Assembly: GCA_947367845.1 (NCBI GenBank)
Contig: CANBES010000007.1
Coordinates: forward strand, 242-64,241
Source of the DNA: an uncultured Clostridium sp.
GTDB lineage: Bacteria > Bacillota > Clostridia > TANB77 > CAG-508
Direction of reading: 5' to 3'
Length of the DNA stretch: 64,000 nucleotides
The translations under genes were made by a program, and so were the position numbers. Of this stretch, positions 9,781 through 19,788 are shown one piece after another. The notes under the pieces were generated by a model. It ran no database searches and had not been told where the DNA came from. It worked only from the letters and a program-made list of their open reading frames with translations. Numbering within the stretch: the first letter of the stretch is position 1; each line of letters starts with the position of its first letter.

Positions 9781-10347
9781 ATGAATAAAACCAAGAGAAA
9801 AATATTTGAAGCTTCAATGAAATTGTTTGCAGAAAAAGGATATGACGCAACAAGCATAGAAGAAATAACTGCAACTGTAGGTGTAGCAAAAGGAACGCTA
9901 TATTATCATTTTTCAAGCAAAGAAGAAATATTCAACTTTTTAGTAGAAGAAGGAATGAAACTACTACATAACAGCGTAGACTTAAAAATAGATAAATTGC
10001 CTAATTACATAGATAAATTAAAAGCAATTGTGTTAATACAAATAAAAATAGTAGTAAAATATGAAAATTTAATAACAATATTACTAAATCAATTTTGGGG
10101 AAGTGAAGCAAGAAATCAAATGTGCAAAGAACAGATTGGTACATACATTGAAAAAATTGAACAAATAGTAAAAGCAGGAATAGAAAAGGGCGAAATTAAG
10201 CAAGGAAATCCACAAGCAATAGCGTCTGAAATATATGGGTTAATATGTTCAAGCCTAGTATATAAAACAAGATGTAAAGAAGAAATGGATATAATGGAGC
10301 TATACAAAGAGTTTGAAAATACAGTAATAAAAGGATTAAAAAAATAA
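9781..10347 (+). CDS. TetR/AcrR family transcriptional regulator
   Basis: N-terminal HTH: FAEKGYDATSIEEITATVGVAKGTLYYHF. Confidence 0.85.
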   Translation: MNKTKRKIFEASMKLFAEKGYDATSIEEITATVGVAKGTLYYHFSSKEEIFNFLVEEGMKLLHNSVDLKIDKLPNYIDKLKAIVLIQIKIVVKYENLITILLNQFWGSEARNQMCKEQIGTYIEKIEQIVKAGIEKGEIKQGNPQAIASEIYGLICSSLVYKTRCKEEMDIMELYKEFENTVIKGLKK

Positions 10348-10355
10348 TGTTTAAA

Positions 10356-10395
10356 GTGTCTTTGGGGATGTCTTTGGGACAGTCCCCAAAAACAC
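10356..10395. repeat. GGGGA-box hairpin (gtgtctttgggga ... tccccaaaaacac)
   Basis: Inverted repeat read directly. It is related to the unit at 4063-4157. Confidence 0.6.
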
Positions 10396-10423
10396 CCAAG
10401 TGTGAAATAAAAGGAGAATAGAA

Positions 10424-12139
10424 ATGAGAAAGCCAATACATAAATTTGAGAACTTTACAGACTTAAGAGATATGTTAAAACAATCAGAAGAAAAATTTGG
10501 AGATAGAGCAGCATATGTATATAAAACTGATAAACCAGGAGTTTTTAGAGAAATTACATACAAAGATTTTGCGAAAGATATAAGAGATTTTGGAACAGCA
10601 TTAGTAAGTTTAGGACTAAAAGGTAAGAGAATAGCAGTAATATCTGACAATAGATATGAATGGTGTGTTACATATTTAGCTGTAACAACAGGTACAGGGG
10701 TAGTTGTGCCGCTTGATAAGGCATTACCAGCAAATGAAATTGAAAGTTTGATTATTCGTTCAGAAGTTGAAGCGATTGTGTATTCAAGTAAATATGATGA
10801 AATAATGAATGAAATAAAAGATAAGAAAACATCAAATGTAAAATATTTCATTTCTATGGATTTGGATAAAAAAGAAAACGATATTTATTCACAAAAAGAG
10901 TTAATGGAATATGGAGACAAGCTTTTGAAAGAGGGAAATACAGAATATTTAGATAGTGAAATAAATGTTGAAGAAATGGGAATAATGTTATTTACATCTG
11001 GAACAACAGCAATGTCAAAGGCTGTAATGTTATCACAAAGAAATATTTGTGCGAATTTAATGGATATAGCATCAGTAATAAAATTAGTACCAGAAGATAG
11101 AATGTTGTCATTTTTACCATTACATCATACTTTTGAGTGTACAGTTGGATTTTTATATCCAATATCAAAAGGGAGCTCAATAGCATTTTGCGAAGGAATA
11201 AGACATATTGCAGACAATGCAAAGGAATATCAAGTAACAGCGATGATATCAGTTCCAATTCTATTTGAAACAATGTATAAAAAGATAATGAAAGGAATTG
11301 AAAAAAAGGGAAAATTAGAAACAGTTAAAAAAGGTATAAAGATAAGTAACTTTTTGTTGAAATTTGGTATAGATATAAGAAGAAAATTATTCAAAGAAGT
11401 AATTGATAATTTAGGTGGAAAAGCTAGATTGTTTGTTGCTGGTGGTGCAGCATTAGACCCGGTGGCTGAAAAAGGATTTAATGAGTTAGGCGTAAAAATG
11501 ATACAAGGATATGGATTAACAGAAAGTTCACCAGTAATTGCAGCAGAAGATGATAAATATCAAAGATTAGGGTCAATAGGAAAAGCATTTCCAAGTTTAG
11601 ATGTAAAAATAGCTGAGCCAAACGAAGAAGGAATAGGAGAATTGCTAGTTAAAGGTCCAACAATAATGCTTGGATATTACAATAATGAAGAAGCAACAAA
11701 AGAAACTTTGGAAGACGGATGGCTACATACAGGAGATTTAGCAAAAATTGATAAAGATGGATTTATATTTATTTCTGGTAGAAAGAAATTTGTTATAGTA
11801 TTAAAAAACGGAAAAAATATTTATCCAGAAGAATTAGAAACAATTGTTAACAAAATTGAAGGTGTAACAGAAAGCTTTGTTTATGGAAGACCTGAAGACG
11901 ACGGAGATTATAAAATTTGTGCTAAGATAGTGTATGATAAAGAAACTGTTGAAGCAATTTATGGAACAAATGATGAAGAAAAATTGAAAGATTTAATATG
12001 GCAAGAAGTTAAGAAAGTAAATAAAACTATGCCTGCTTATAAATATATTAGAGAAATTTCAATAACAGATAAAGCTTTAATAAAAACAACTACTCAAAAA
12101 ATTAAAAGATTTGAAGAAATTAAAACAGTACTAAATTAA
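10424..12139 (+). CDS. AMP-dependent synthetase / long-chain acyl-CoA ligase
   Basis: AMP-binding motifs FTSGTTAMSKAV and GYGLTESS, plus GWLHTGD. Confidence 0.85.
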   Translation: MRKPIHKFENFTDLRDMLKQSEEKFGDRAAYVYKTDKPGVFREITYKDFAKDIRDFGTALVSLGLKGKRIAVISDNRYEWCVTYLAVTTGTGVVVPLDKALPANEIESLIIRSEVEAIVYSSKYDEIMNEIKDKKTSNVKYFISMDLDKKENDIYSQKELMEYGDKLLKEGNTEYLDSEINVEEMGIMLFTSGTTAMSKAVMLSQRNICANLMDIASVIKLVPEDRMLSFLPLHHTFECTVGFLYPISKGSSIAFCEGIRHIADNAKEYQVTAMISVPILFETMYKKIMKGIEKKGKLETVKKGIKISNFLLKFGIDIRRKLFKEVIDNLGGKARLFVAGGAALDPVAEKGFNELGVKMIQGYGLTESSPVIAAEDDKYQRLGSIGKAFPSLDVKIAEPNEEGIGELLVKGPTIMLGYYNNEEATKETLEDGWLHTGDLAKIDKDGFIFISGRKKFVIVLKNGKNIYPEELETIVNKIEGVTESFVYGRPEDDGDYKICAKIVYDKETVEAIYGTNDEEKLKDLIWQEVKKVNKTMPAYKYIREISITDKALIKTTTQKIKRFEEIKTVLN

Positions 12140-12157
12140 TAAAGTGTAAAAGAAGCT

Positions 12158-12179
12158 AACCCCTAACAAATTTGGGGTT
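12158..12179 (+). terminator. possible terminator hairpin
   Basis: aacccc / ggggtt stem followed by T-rich sequence. Confidence 0.4.
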
Positions 12180-12321
12180 TGTAATATTTTTGTAATATTT
12201 TTGTAACCAAAACTTAAAGAAAAAATAGAAATATAATCTTGTAGTTTTTTGTTAGATAATGTATAATTATAAAGAACGAAGCAAAAAGCAAACACGCGTA
12301 AGATAAAGGAGGTACATTACA

Positions 12322-13164
12322 ATGTCTAGATCTGGCATAGTAAATGTGAGAATGGTTATCACAGAAGAAAAAATATTATCAAATATAGATAAAGTACAAA
12401 AATTAATAAATCCAAAAAGTAAAAAACAAATTGTACAATTAGAAGATGATGGATACTTTAAAGATTTAGTAGAATCAATAAAAACATATTTAATTGAATA
12501 TCCAAAAAAGAAAAACTTCCCAGCAAGCGTATATAAAGCTGCTTATGGGCTAGTTGAATTTGCGACGAATCAATTTGAAGAAAATACAAAGAAAATAGAA
12601 GAATTAATTAGACAAAGAGAACAAAATATAGCATTAGCAGGAACATTAAAAGAAGTAATGGAAGCAGCTATAAACAAAGAAAAAGATTGGAAAGACCAAG
12701 TTAAAAAAGCTGAAGATAGTTTTGGAGAAGATATAACAGAAACATTAACAATAATAGGAAAATCAAAGAGTGACAAAACAGAAAATTACCAAGATGCATT
12801 AAAATTGCTAAATGCAAGAATAAATAATCTAGAGTCAAACTTACACATCGAAATAGATATGGAAAGAATAGAAGATCGTTCAAAAGCACTAAGCTATATA
12901 GGAATAGAAATAGCAGATGCACTAAAATCAATACCAACACCAGTAGAAGAAACAATTGAAGAAGTTGTAGAACAACAAGTACAAGCCATAGAAGCAGAAC
13001 AACAACAATATGTTGAAGAAACAACATTTGAAGCTAAGCCAAGTTTATGGCAAAGAATAAAAAGTAGCAAAGTAGTAAGAGCAATAAAAGCTATAACAAA
13101 AATAAGAATAGTTTTAGATTATTCAGATGCACTTCCAGAAGGAAGAGGAGAAAATAATCAATAA
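12322..13164 (+). CDS. hypothetical coiled-coil protein
   Basis: AGGAGG RBS and a 280 aa ORF. No recognisable domain. Confidence 0.5.
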   Translation: MSRSGIVNVRMVITEEKILSNIDKVQKLINPKSKKQIVQLEDDGYFKDLVESIKTYLIEYPKKKNFPASVYKAAYGLVEFATNQFEENTKKIEELIRQREQNIALAGTLKEVMEAAINKEKDWKDQVKKAEDSFGEDITETLTIIGKSKSDKTENYQDALKLLNARINNLESNLHIEIDMERIEDRSKALSYIGIEIADALKSIPTPVEETIEEVVEQQVQAIEAEQQQYVEETTFEAKPSLWQRIKSSKVVRAIKAITKIRIVLDYSDALPEGRGENNQ

Positions 13165-13175
13165 AATAGAAAAAG

Positions 13176-13201
13176 CATCCCAAATTAATGGGATGTTTTT
13201 T
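13176..13201 (+). terminator. rho-independent terminator
   Basis: catccca / tgggatg stem followed by TTTTTT. Confidence 0.7.
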
Positions 13202-13244
13202 GCGGATTAGAGACCAAAGTAGCTATCAATTACTTTTGAAAAAT

Positions 13245-13273
13245 TTGACTTTTTTTTTAATTTATAGTATAAT
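13245..13273 (+). promoter_or_regulatory. sigma-A type promoter upstream of rnj
   Basis: TTGACT, exactly 17 nt, then TATAAT. It leaves a leader of roughly 230 nt. Confidence 0.6.
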
Positions 13274-13509
13274 AAAAAACAGTCGTTAGCAAAAATTGCT
13301 AAAAATGAGAGTTTTTTATAAATTTAGAATTATATGTATTAAAAAGATAAGAGAGAGAAATAATATTAGGAACGGAACAAAACTAAATATTAGAAAAGTT
13401 TATAAAAATATGGAATGGAAAGAGAGAAAACCATATAGAATATAAACTTTATTAATGCGTATAAAAAACAAATAACGGTAAATTAAATTAAAAAATGGAA
13501 GGAGAATTT

Positions 13510-15432
13510 ATGACAGAAGAAAATAATATACAAAAAACAAACAAAGCTCAAAAAACAAGCACAAAAAGAGGTGCAGAAAAGAGAAATACAGCAGGAAAGG
13601 AGAGAAAGACAGGATATAACAAAAAGAGAGAAAACAAAAGTGGCGAAGAAGCAAAACAAGAAGTAAAAAGAAATAAAAGAAAAAATGAGACGCCAAGACA
13701 AGAAGAAACATCAGTTGTAAAAACAAGAACAAGAAGAAACAACAAGAAAGTAACTGAAGATAGCATATTCAAAAAATCAAAATTAAAAATAATCCCATTA
13801 GGTGGATTACATGAAATAGGAAAAAATATAACTGTTTTTGAATATGAAAATGAAATAATAGTTGTGGACTGTGGATTATCATTCCCAGAAGATGATATGC
13901 TTGGAATTGACTTAGTTATACCAGACATAACATATTTAGAAAAAAATGTAGACAAAATAAAAGGATTAATAATAACACATGGACACGAAGACCATATAGG
14001 GTCAGTTCCATATTTATTAAAGAAAATAAATATACCAATTTATGCACCAAGATTAGCAGCAGGGCTAATCAGAAATAAATTAGAAGAGCATAAATTATTA
14101 AGAAGTACAAAATTAACAGAAGTTATGCAAGGGCAAACTTTAACTCTTGGAAAGAACTTTAAAGTAGAATTTATAAGAAGCTCACATAGTATACCAGACT
14201 CAGTAATGCTAGCGATAACGACACCAGCAGGAACTGTATTACACACAGGAGATTTTAAAATAGACTATACACCAATTGACGGAAAACTAATGGATTTTGG
14301 AAGAATAGCAGAGTTAGGAAATCAAGGAATATTAGCATTAATGTCAGACAGTACAAACGCAGAAAGAAAAGGATTTACAATGTCTGAAAGTTCAGTAGGA
14401 GAAGTTTTTGATAAACTATTCTTACATTGTACAAAAAGAATTGTGGTAGCAACATTTGCTTCAAACGTACACAGAGTTCAACAAATAGTAAATTCAGCAG
14501 TAAAATACAATAGAAAGATTGCTGTGTGTGGTAGAAGTATGATAAATATGATAACAACAGCAAGAGAATTAGGATATATAGAATGTCCAGAAAACATATT
14601 TATAGATATAGATATGATTAAAAATTATACAGATGACCAATTAGTAATTATAACAACAGGAAGTCAAGGAGAACCAATGTCAGCATTAACAAGAATGGCA
14701 GCAGGTGACCACAGAAAAATAAAAATAACACCAAATGACTTAGTTATAATATCAGCAACACCAATACCAGGAAACGAAAAATTTGTATCAAAAGTAATTG
14801 ATGATTTAATGCAAATTGGTGCAGAAGTTGTATATAGCTCACTAGAAAATATACATGTATCAGGACATGCTTGCCAAGAAGAACAAAAATTAATTCTTGC
14901 TCTTACAAAGCCAAAATATTTTATACCAGTTCACGGTGAATATAGACAACTTATAGCACATAGCGAAACAGCCCAAAGTATGGGTGTTGACAAAGATAAT
15001 GTTATAATGTTATCAAATGGTAGAGTATTAGAAATTGACGAAAATGGAGCAGAGTTTACAACTACAGTACCAAGTGGCAGAATATTAGTTGACGGTCTTG
15101 GCGTTGGAGATGTTGGAAACATTGTTTTAAGAGATAGACAACATTTATCTCAAGATGGTTTAATTGTTATTGTTTTAACAATGGACTCTCAAACAGGTGA
15201 AGTTGTTGCAGGTCCTGATGTTATATCAAGGGGATTTGTTTATGTTAGAGAGTCAGAAAATTTAATGGATGATGTAAAATCAGTTGTTAGAAATGAGATT
15301 AGAAAGTGTGAAGAACGCGGTATTCGCGATTGGGCTACAATTAAGTCAACTACTAGAGAGACTTTAAGAGATTATATTTTTATGAAGACTAAACGTAATC
15401 CAATGATTATACCAATTATAATGGAAGTTTAG
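13510..15432 (+). CDS. rnj: ribonuclease J with a ~90 aa Lys/Arg-rich N-terminal extension
   Basis: The beta-CASP/MBL core begins at KLKIIPLGGLHEIGKN and includes HGHEDHIG. The ATG at 13510 follows a GGAAGGAG RBS (the track ORF starts at 13495). Confidence 0.9.
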   Translation: MTEENNIQKTNKAQKTSTKRGAEKRNTAGKERKTGYNKKRENKSGEEAKQEVKRNKRKNETPRQEETSVVKTRTRRNNKKVTEDSIFKKSKLKIIPLGGLHEIGKNITVFEYENEIIVVDCGLSFPEDDMLGIDLVIPDITYLEKNVDKIKGLIITHGHEDHIGSVPYLLKKINIPIYAPRLAAGLIRNKLEEHKLLRSTKLTEVMQGQTLTLGKNFKVEFIRSSHSIPDSVMLAITTPAGTVLHTGDFKIDYTPIDGKLMDFGRIAELGNQGILALMSDSTNAERKGFTMSESSVGEVFDKLFLHCTKRIVVATFASNVHRVQQIVNSAVKYNRKIAVCGRSMINMITTARELGYIECPENIFIDIDMIKNYTDDQLVIITTGSQGEPMSALTRMAAGDHRKIKITPNDLVIISATPIPGNEKFVSKVIDDLMQIGAEVVYSSLENIHVSGHACQEEQKLILALTKPKYFIPVHGEYRQLIAHSETAQSMGVDKDNVIMLSNGRVLEIDENGAEFTTTVPSGRILVDGLGVGDVGNIVLRDRQHLSQDGLIVIVLTMDSQTGEVVAGPDVISRGFVYVRESENLMDDVKSVVRNEIRKCEERGIRDWATIKSTTRETLRDYIFMKTKRNPMIIPIIMEV

Positions 15433-15456
15433 AAATAGAAATAAGGAGAGATAAAA

Positions 15457-17112
15457 ATGGATTATAAAGACTTAGCAAATTTAATATTCCCAGAAGCAAA
15501 AGAAATAACATATTACGAAGAAAAATATCCAAGAAGAAACCTAAAAGAAGGAGCAATAGTAACAAGATACGCACCAAGTCCAACAGGAGTAATGCACATA
15601 GGTGGGTTATACCAAGCCCTAATAGCAAAAAAAATGACAGAACAAACAGAAGGCGTATTCTTCTTAAGAATAGAAGACACAGACCAAAAAAGAGAAATTG
15701 AAAATGGCGTAGAAGGAATAGTAAGCAGTTTGGTAGAATTTGAAATAGAGCCAGACGAGGGAATGACATCAACTACAGAAAGCAAAGGAAACTATGGACC
15801 ATACAAACAATCAGAAAGAAAAGACATCTACCAAGCATATGCAAAATACCTAATAGAACAAGGAAAAGCATATCCATGTTTCTGTACACCAGAACAATTA
15901 GATGAAATTAGAAGCAAACAAGAAGCAGCCAAAATAAGACCAGGATACTATGGGGTATGGGCAAAATGCAGAAACCACACAGTTGAAGAAGCAGCAGAAA
16001 AAATTAAAAATGGAGAAAATTATATAATTCGTTTAAAATCACCAGGAAGAGAAGATAAAAAAATAAGACACAAAGATGTAATAAAAGGAAATGTAGAATT
16101 CCCAGAAAATGACCAAGACGTAGTAATAATAAAAGCAGACGGATTACCAACATATCACTTTGCACACGCAGTTGACGATCACCTAATGGGAACAACACAC
16201 GTAATCCGTGGAGATGAATGGCTATCTTCAATACCATTACATTTACAATTGTTCCAAGAATTAGGATTTAAAGCACCTAAATATGCACATATTGCACCAA
16301 TTATGAAAAATGATAATGGAAATAAGAGAAAACTAAGTAAAAGAAAAGACCCTGAAGCTGCAACAAGCTATTATGAAGAAGAAGGAATTCCAGCACAAGC
16401 GGTAAAAGAATACTTGTTAAACATAGCAAACTCTACTTTTGAAAACTGGAGAAGAGCAAATCAAGATAAAGATATGTCAGAATTTGAACTTCAATTAAAC
16501 AAGATGAGCGTAAGTGGAGCGCTATTTGATATGGTAAAATTACTAGATGTTGGAAAAACAGTAATATCAAAATATACAGCTGAGAGAGTTTACGAAGAAG
16601 CTTACAATTGGGCAAAAAAACATAACGAAGAATTAGTGAAAATGCTAGAAGATAAAGAATATGCATTAAAAGTATTTGGAATAGAAAGAGGTAATAAAAA
16701 ACCAAGAAAAGATATTTCAAAATGGGCAGAAGTAAAGGAAAACATAGAATATATGTATGACGAAAACTTCTATGCAAAAACACAAGAATATCCATATCAA
16801 GTAATAAATGAAAAAGCAGATATTGAAAAAATATTAGACTTATATATAGAAAAATATTATGATGAAAATGATGATAAACAAACTTGGTTTGACAAAATAA
16901 AGGAACTTGCAGGAGAAATGGGATATGCTAAAGAAGTTAAAGAATTTAAGGCAAATCCAGATGCTTACAAGGCTCATGTTGGTGATGTTAGTACTTGTCT
17001 AAGAGTTGCTTTAACAGCTAGAACTAATACTCCTGATATGTATGAGATTATGAAAGTTCTTGGAAAAGAAAGAATTGCAAAAAGATTTGAAAAAGCTAAA
17101 GAACAATTATAA
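15457..17112 (+). CDS. gltX: glutamate--tRNA ligase
   Basis: Class I HIGH (MHIGG) and KMSKS-like (KLSKR) motifs. 551 aa. Confidence 0.85.
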   Translation: MDYKDLANLIFPEAKEITYYEEKYPRRNLKEGAIVTRYAPSPTGVMHIGGLYQALIAKKMTEQTEGVFFLRIEDTDQKREIENGVEGIVSSLVEFEIEPDEGMTSTTESKGNYGPYKQSERKDIYQAYAKYLIEQGKAYPCFCTPEQLDEIRSKQEAAKIRPGYYGVWAKCRNHTVEEAAEKIKNGENYIIRLKSPGREDKKIRHKDVIKGNVEFPENDQDVVIIKADGLPTYHFAHAVDDHLMGTTHVIRGDEWLSSIPLHLQLFQELGFKAPKYAHIAPIMKNDNGNKRKLSKRKDPEAATSYYEEEGIPAQAVKEYLLNIANSTFENWRRANQDKDMSEFELQLNKMSVSGALFDMVKLLDVGKTVISKYTAERVYEEAYNWAKKHNEELVKMLEDKEYALKVFGIERGNKKPRKDISKWAEVKENIEYMYDENFYAKTQEYPYQVINEKADIEKILDLYIEKYYDENDDKQTWFDKIKELAGEMGYAKEVKEFKANPDAYKAHVGDVSTCLRVALTARTNTPDMYEIMKVLGKERIAKRFEKAKEQL

Positions 17113-17156
17113 TTATAGTAAATGTAAATTTATAATAGAAGTGTTAGAGTGTAGAT

Positions 17157-17366
17157 GTGAGAAAGGACGAAGATACTTTGGAATATAATGTAGGAGATAT
17201 TGTAAGAACTAAAAAACAACATCCTTGTGGAAGCAAGCTATGGGAAATAACTAGAGTTGGAGTAGATTTTAAATTGAAATGCTTAGGTTGTGAACATGTT
17301 GTTGTTTTGGAAAGAGAAAAGGCTAAAAAAATAATTACAAAAATAGAGAAAAAAGTTGGCGAATAA
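17157..17366 (+). CDS. DUF951 family small protein
   Basis: GDIV..KK.HPCGS..WEI.R.G.D.K.KCLGC.H pattern. GTG start. Confidence 0.7.
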   Translation: MRKDEDTLEYNVGDIVRTKKQHPCGSKLWEITRVGVDFKLKCLGCEHVVVLEREKAKKIITKIEKKVGE

Positions 17367-17375
17367 CCAACTTTT

Positions 17376-17558
17376 TTAATGTTTTGGATGTTTTTTTGAA
17401 ATTTTATTTTGTTTATGAGATTCTTCTGGAACTACAACATTTTTTGTTTTTTTAGTAGCAGATTTTGGTTTTGCGTCTTTTATATTGTCATATACAGGAG
17501 AAATATTCAAATTTGAGCTATCACCAGTAACTACTTCTATTTTTTTATTTTCTTCCAT
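17376..17558 (-). CDS. small lysine-rich hypothetical protein
   Basis: 60 aa ORF with a GGAGG RBS 8 nt upstream. Confidence 0.4.
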   Translation of the reverse strand: MEENKKIEVVTGDSSNLNISPVYDNIKDAKPKSATKKTKNVVVPEESHKQNKISKKHPKH

Positions 17559-17688
17559 AAAATTACCTCCGAAACGATTTTTTTACATCTTATCATATAT
17601 CTATGAAAAGTGCAAGAAAATATTGACATATTAACGTTTTTCTGACATAATATATAGGTCAAAACTTTACAAAAAAGGAAGAGAAGAA

Positions 17689-18318
17689 ATGGAAATTGAG
17701 CAAAAAAAATCAATAATAGAAGCAATACTTTTTGCAGCAGGAAGACCAGTAAGTAAAAATGAATTTGTACTAGCACTTGAGTTACCTGAAGAAGATATTG
17801 AGAACATTATAAATAAGATGCAAGAAGAATATAAAAGTGAAAGCAGGGGGATAGAGCTAATCAAAATAGAGAATTCATATCAATTATGTACAAAAAAGGC
17901 TCTATATGAATATGTATATCCTGTGTTAGACAAACGAACAAAACCTAATTTGTCAAATGCAGCATTAGAGACTTTAGCAATAGTAGCATACAATCCACAA
18001 ATAACTAGAGCAGAAATAGAAGCTATACGTGGAGTTTCAGCAGATGCGTGTGTGTATAAATTATTAGAATATGGATTGATAGAAGAAGCGGGAAAAATTG
18101 ATTTACCAGGTAAGCCAATGTCTTATAAAACAACAAGTGATTTTTTAAGAATGTTTGGTTACAGCTCTTTAGATAATTTACCAGAACTTCCAAAATATAA
18201 ATTAGATGAGAATAAACAAATTGTAATTGACGACCTAATGGAAGGAAGTCAAGAGGCTCCAATGCCCGAAAGGGAAGATGATATGGAAACAGAGCAAAAA
18301 AATGAAGAGAATGAATAG
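17689..18318 (+). CDS. scpB: segregation and condensation protein B
   Basis: IEAILFAAGRPVS N-terminus and winged-helix repeats (TRAEIEAIRGV). Confidence 0.85.
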   Translation: MEIEQKKSIIEAILFAAGRPVSKNEFVLALELPEEDIENIINKMQEEYKSESRGIELIKIENSYQLCTKKALYEYVYPVLDKRTKPNLSNAALETLAIVAYNPQITRAEIEAIRGVSADACVYKLLEYGLIEEAGKIDLPGKPMSYKTTSDFLRMFGYSSLDNLPELPKYKLDENKQIVIDDLMEGSQEAPMPEREDDMETEQKNEENE

Positions 18319-18333
18319 AAAAGAGGAATAATT

Positions 18334-19617
18334 ATGAGATTATCACAAACAGGAATGGGAACAATAAAATTAAACAATATAGACGAAATGTATCCAGGGC
18401 AAAGTATATTATTACAAACTGGACAATTAGTACAATATGGTGCAGGGCTATTTGCGTATAATACAGTTCCATTATTAGTAAGAAGAAAAATAGAGCAAAT
18501 AATTGTAGAAACATTAAACAAATATGGATGTATAGAAGTATTACTTCCAACATTACAACCAGATACAATATGGAAAAATTCTGGAAGATACGATCACTAT
18601 ATAAATGACGGAACAATGCTAATTACAGAAAGCAACAAAGGAACATTTTGTTTAGCACCAACAGGTGAAGAAGCAATGTTAGAATTTGCAAGAGAAAAAT
18701 TAAAATCTTATAAAAACTTACCAGTAACATATTATCAAATTGGAGAAAAAGTAAGAAATGAGATAAGAACAAGAGGATATTTATTAAGGGGAAAATCGTT
18801 CCCAATGCTTGATGCATACAGCTTTGATGTTGATACAGAACAAATGGCAAAATCATATGAAAATGTAAGAGCGGCATTTTTAGAAATATTTGAAAAAATA
18901 GGTATGAAAGTAATTCCAATTGTAGCTGATAATGGTGCAATGGGTGGAAAGAAATCAGAAGAATTTATGCTAATATCAAACCAAGGTGAAGATAAAATTT
19001 TATATGATGAAACAACAGGAATAGGGCTAAATACAGAAATTCTAGAAAAAGAAAATTATCAAGAATATTTAAAAGAAGAATATGGAATTGAAGATATATC
19101 TAAATTCAAAGAAATAAGAACAATGGAATTAGGGCATATATTCCAATTGGGAACTAGATATTCAGAAATGATGAACGGAAAATTTACAGATAAAAATGGA
19201 AAAGAGCAACTTTATTATATGGGATGCTATGGAATAGGTGTAAGTAGAACAGTTGCGGCATTATATGAACAATGCTTGATAAATGACCCTAAATGGGGAG
19301 CTTGCGGATTTTCTTTACCTGAGCAAATAGCACCATATAAAGTGCAAATTGTACCAAAAATGGATAATGAAGAAAAAGTTAAATTGGCAAATGAATTATA
19401 TGCAGAGCTTCAAAGCCAAGGAGTTGGAGCGATAATAGATGATAGAGAAAATTTAAATATCGGTGCTAAGATTAAGGATTGTAAAGTTCTTGGAACACCA
19501 TATGTACTAGTTTTAGGGGATAAACAAGAAGGCGAGAATTTTGAACTAGAGAATACTAGAACTGGTGAAAAAATTACATTAACTAAGACTGAGTTATTTA
19601 ATAGATTTAATTCTTAA
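18334..19617 (+). CDS. proS: class II aminoacyl-tRNA synthetase, bacterial ProRS-like but lacking the INS editing domain
   Basis: N-terminal and motif 1-3 similarity to ProRS, plus a C-terminal anticodon-binding domain. It is only 427 aa. Confidence 0.6.
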   Translation: MRLSQTGMGTIKLNNIDEMYPGQSILLQTGQLVQYGAGLFAYNTVPLLVRRKIEQIIVETLNKYGCIEVLLPTLQPDTIWKNSGRYDHYINDGTMLITESNKGTFCLAPTGEEAMLEFAREKLKSYKNLPVTYYQIGEKVRNEIRTRGYLLRGKSFPMLDAYSFDVDTEQMAKSYENVRAAFLEIFEKIGMKVIPIVADNGAMGGKKSEEFMLISNQGEDKILYDETTGIGLNTEILEKENYQEYLKEEYGIEDISKFKEIRTMELGHIFQLGTRYSEMMNGKFTDKNGKEQLYYMGCYGIGVSRTVAALYEQCLINDPKWGACGFSLPEQIAPYKVQIVPKMDNEEKVKLANELYAELQSQGVGAIIDDRENLNIGAKIKDCKVLGTPYVLVLGDKQEGENFELENTRTGEKITLTKTELFNRFNS

Positions 19618-19627
19618 TAAATGATTC

Positions 19628-19758
19628 TGCCAAAGGTTATATATATAATTTTTACCGTTCTCCCCATTCTAAAAATTCTAACAAAAGTTTTTAACTTTTG
19701 AGAATTTTTGAACGGTCCCCACAAACCACTTAAAAAATTATATATATAACCTTTGGCA
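19628..19758. repeat. 131-bp imperfect palindrome with CGGTCCCC-type boxes in internal loops
   Basis: tgccaaaggttatatatataattttt ... aaaaaattatatatataacctttggca. Boxes at about 19654-19665 and 19712-19720. Confidence 0.8.
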
Positions 19759-19788
19759 AAATAATAAATAAAGAAAGGATAATAGATA

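Noticed and set aside
9487-9857. Track ORFs 9487-9693(-), 9548-9760(+) and 9579-9857(-) inside the giant palindrome.
   Set aside because: They are mirror-image translations of the two palindrome arms, have no RBS, and one runs into the tetR gene. The region is better explained as a non-coding structured repeat.
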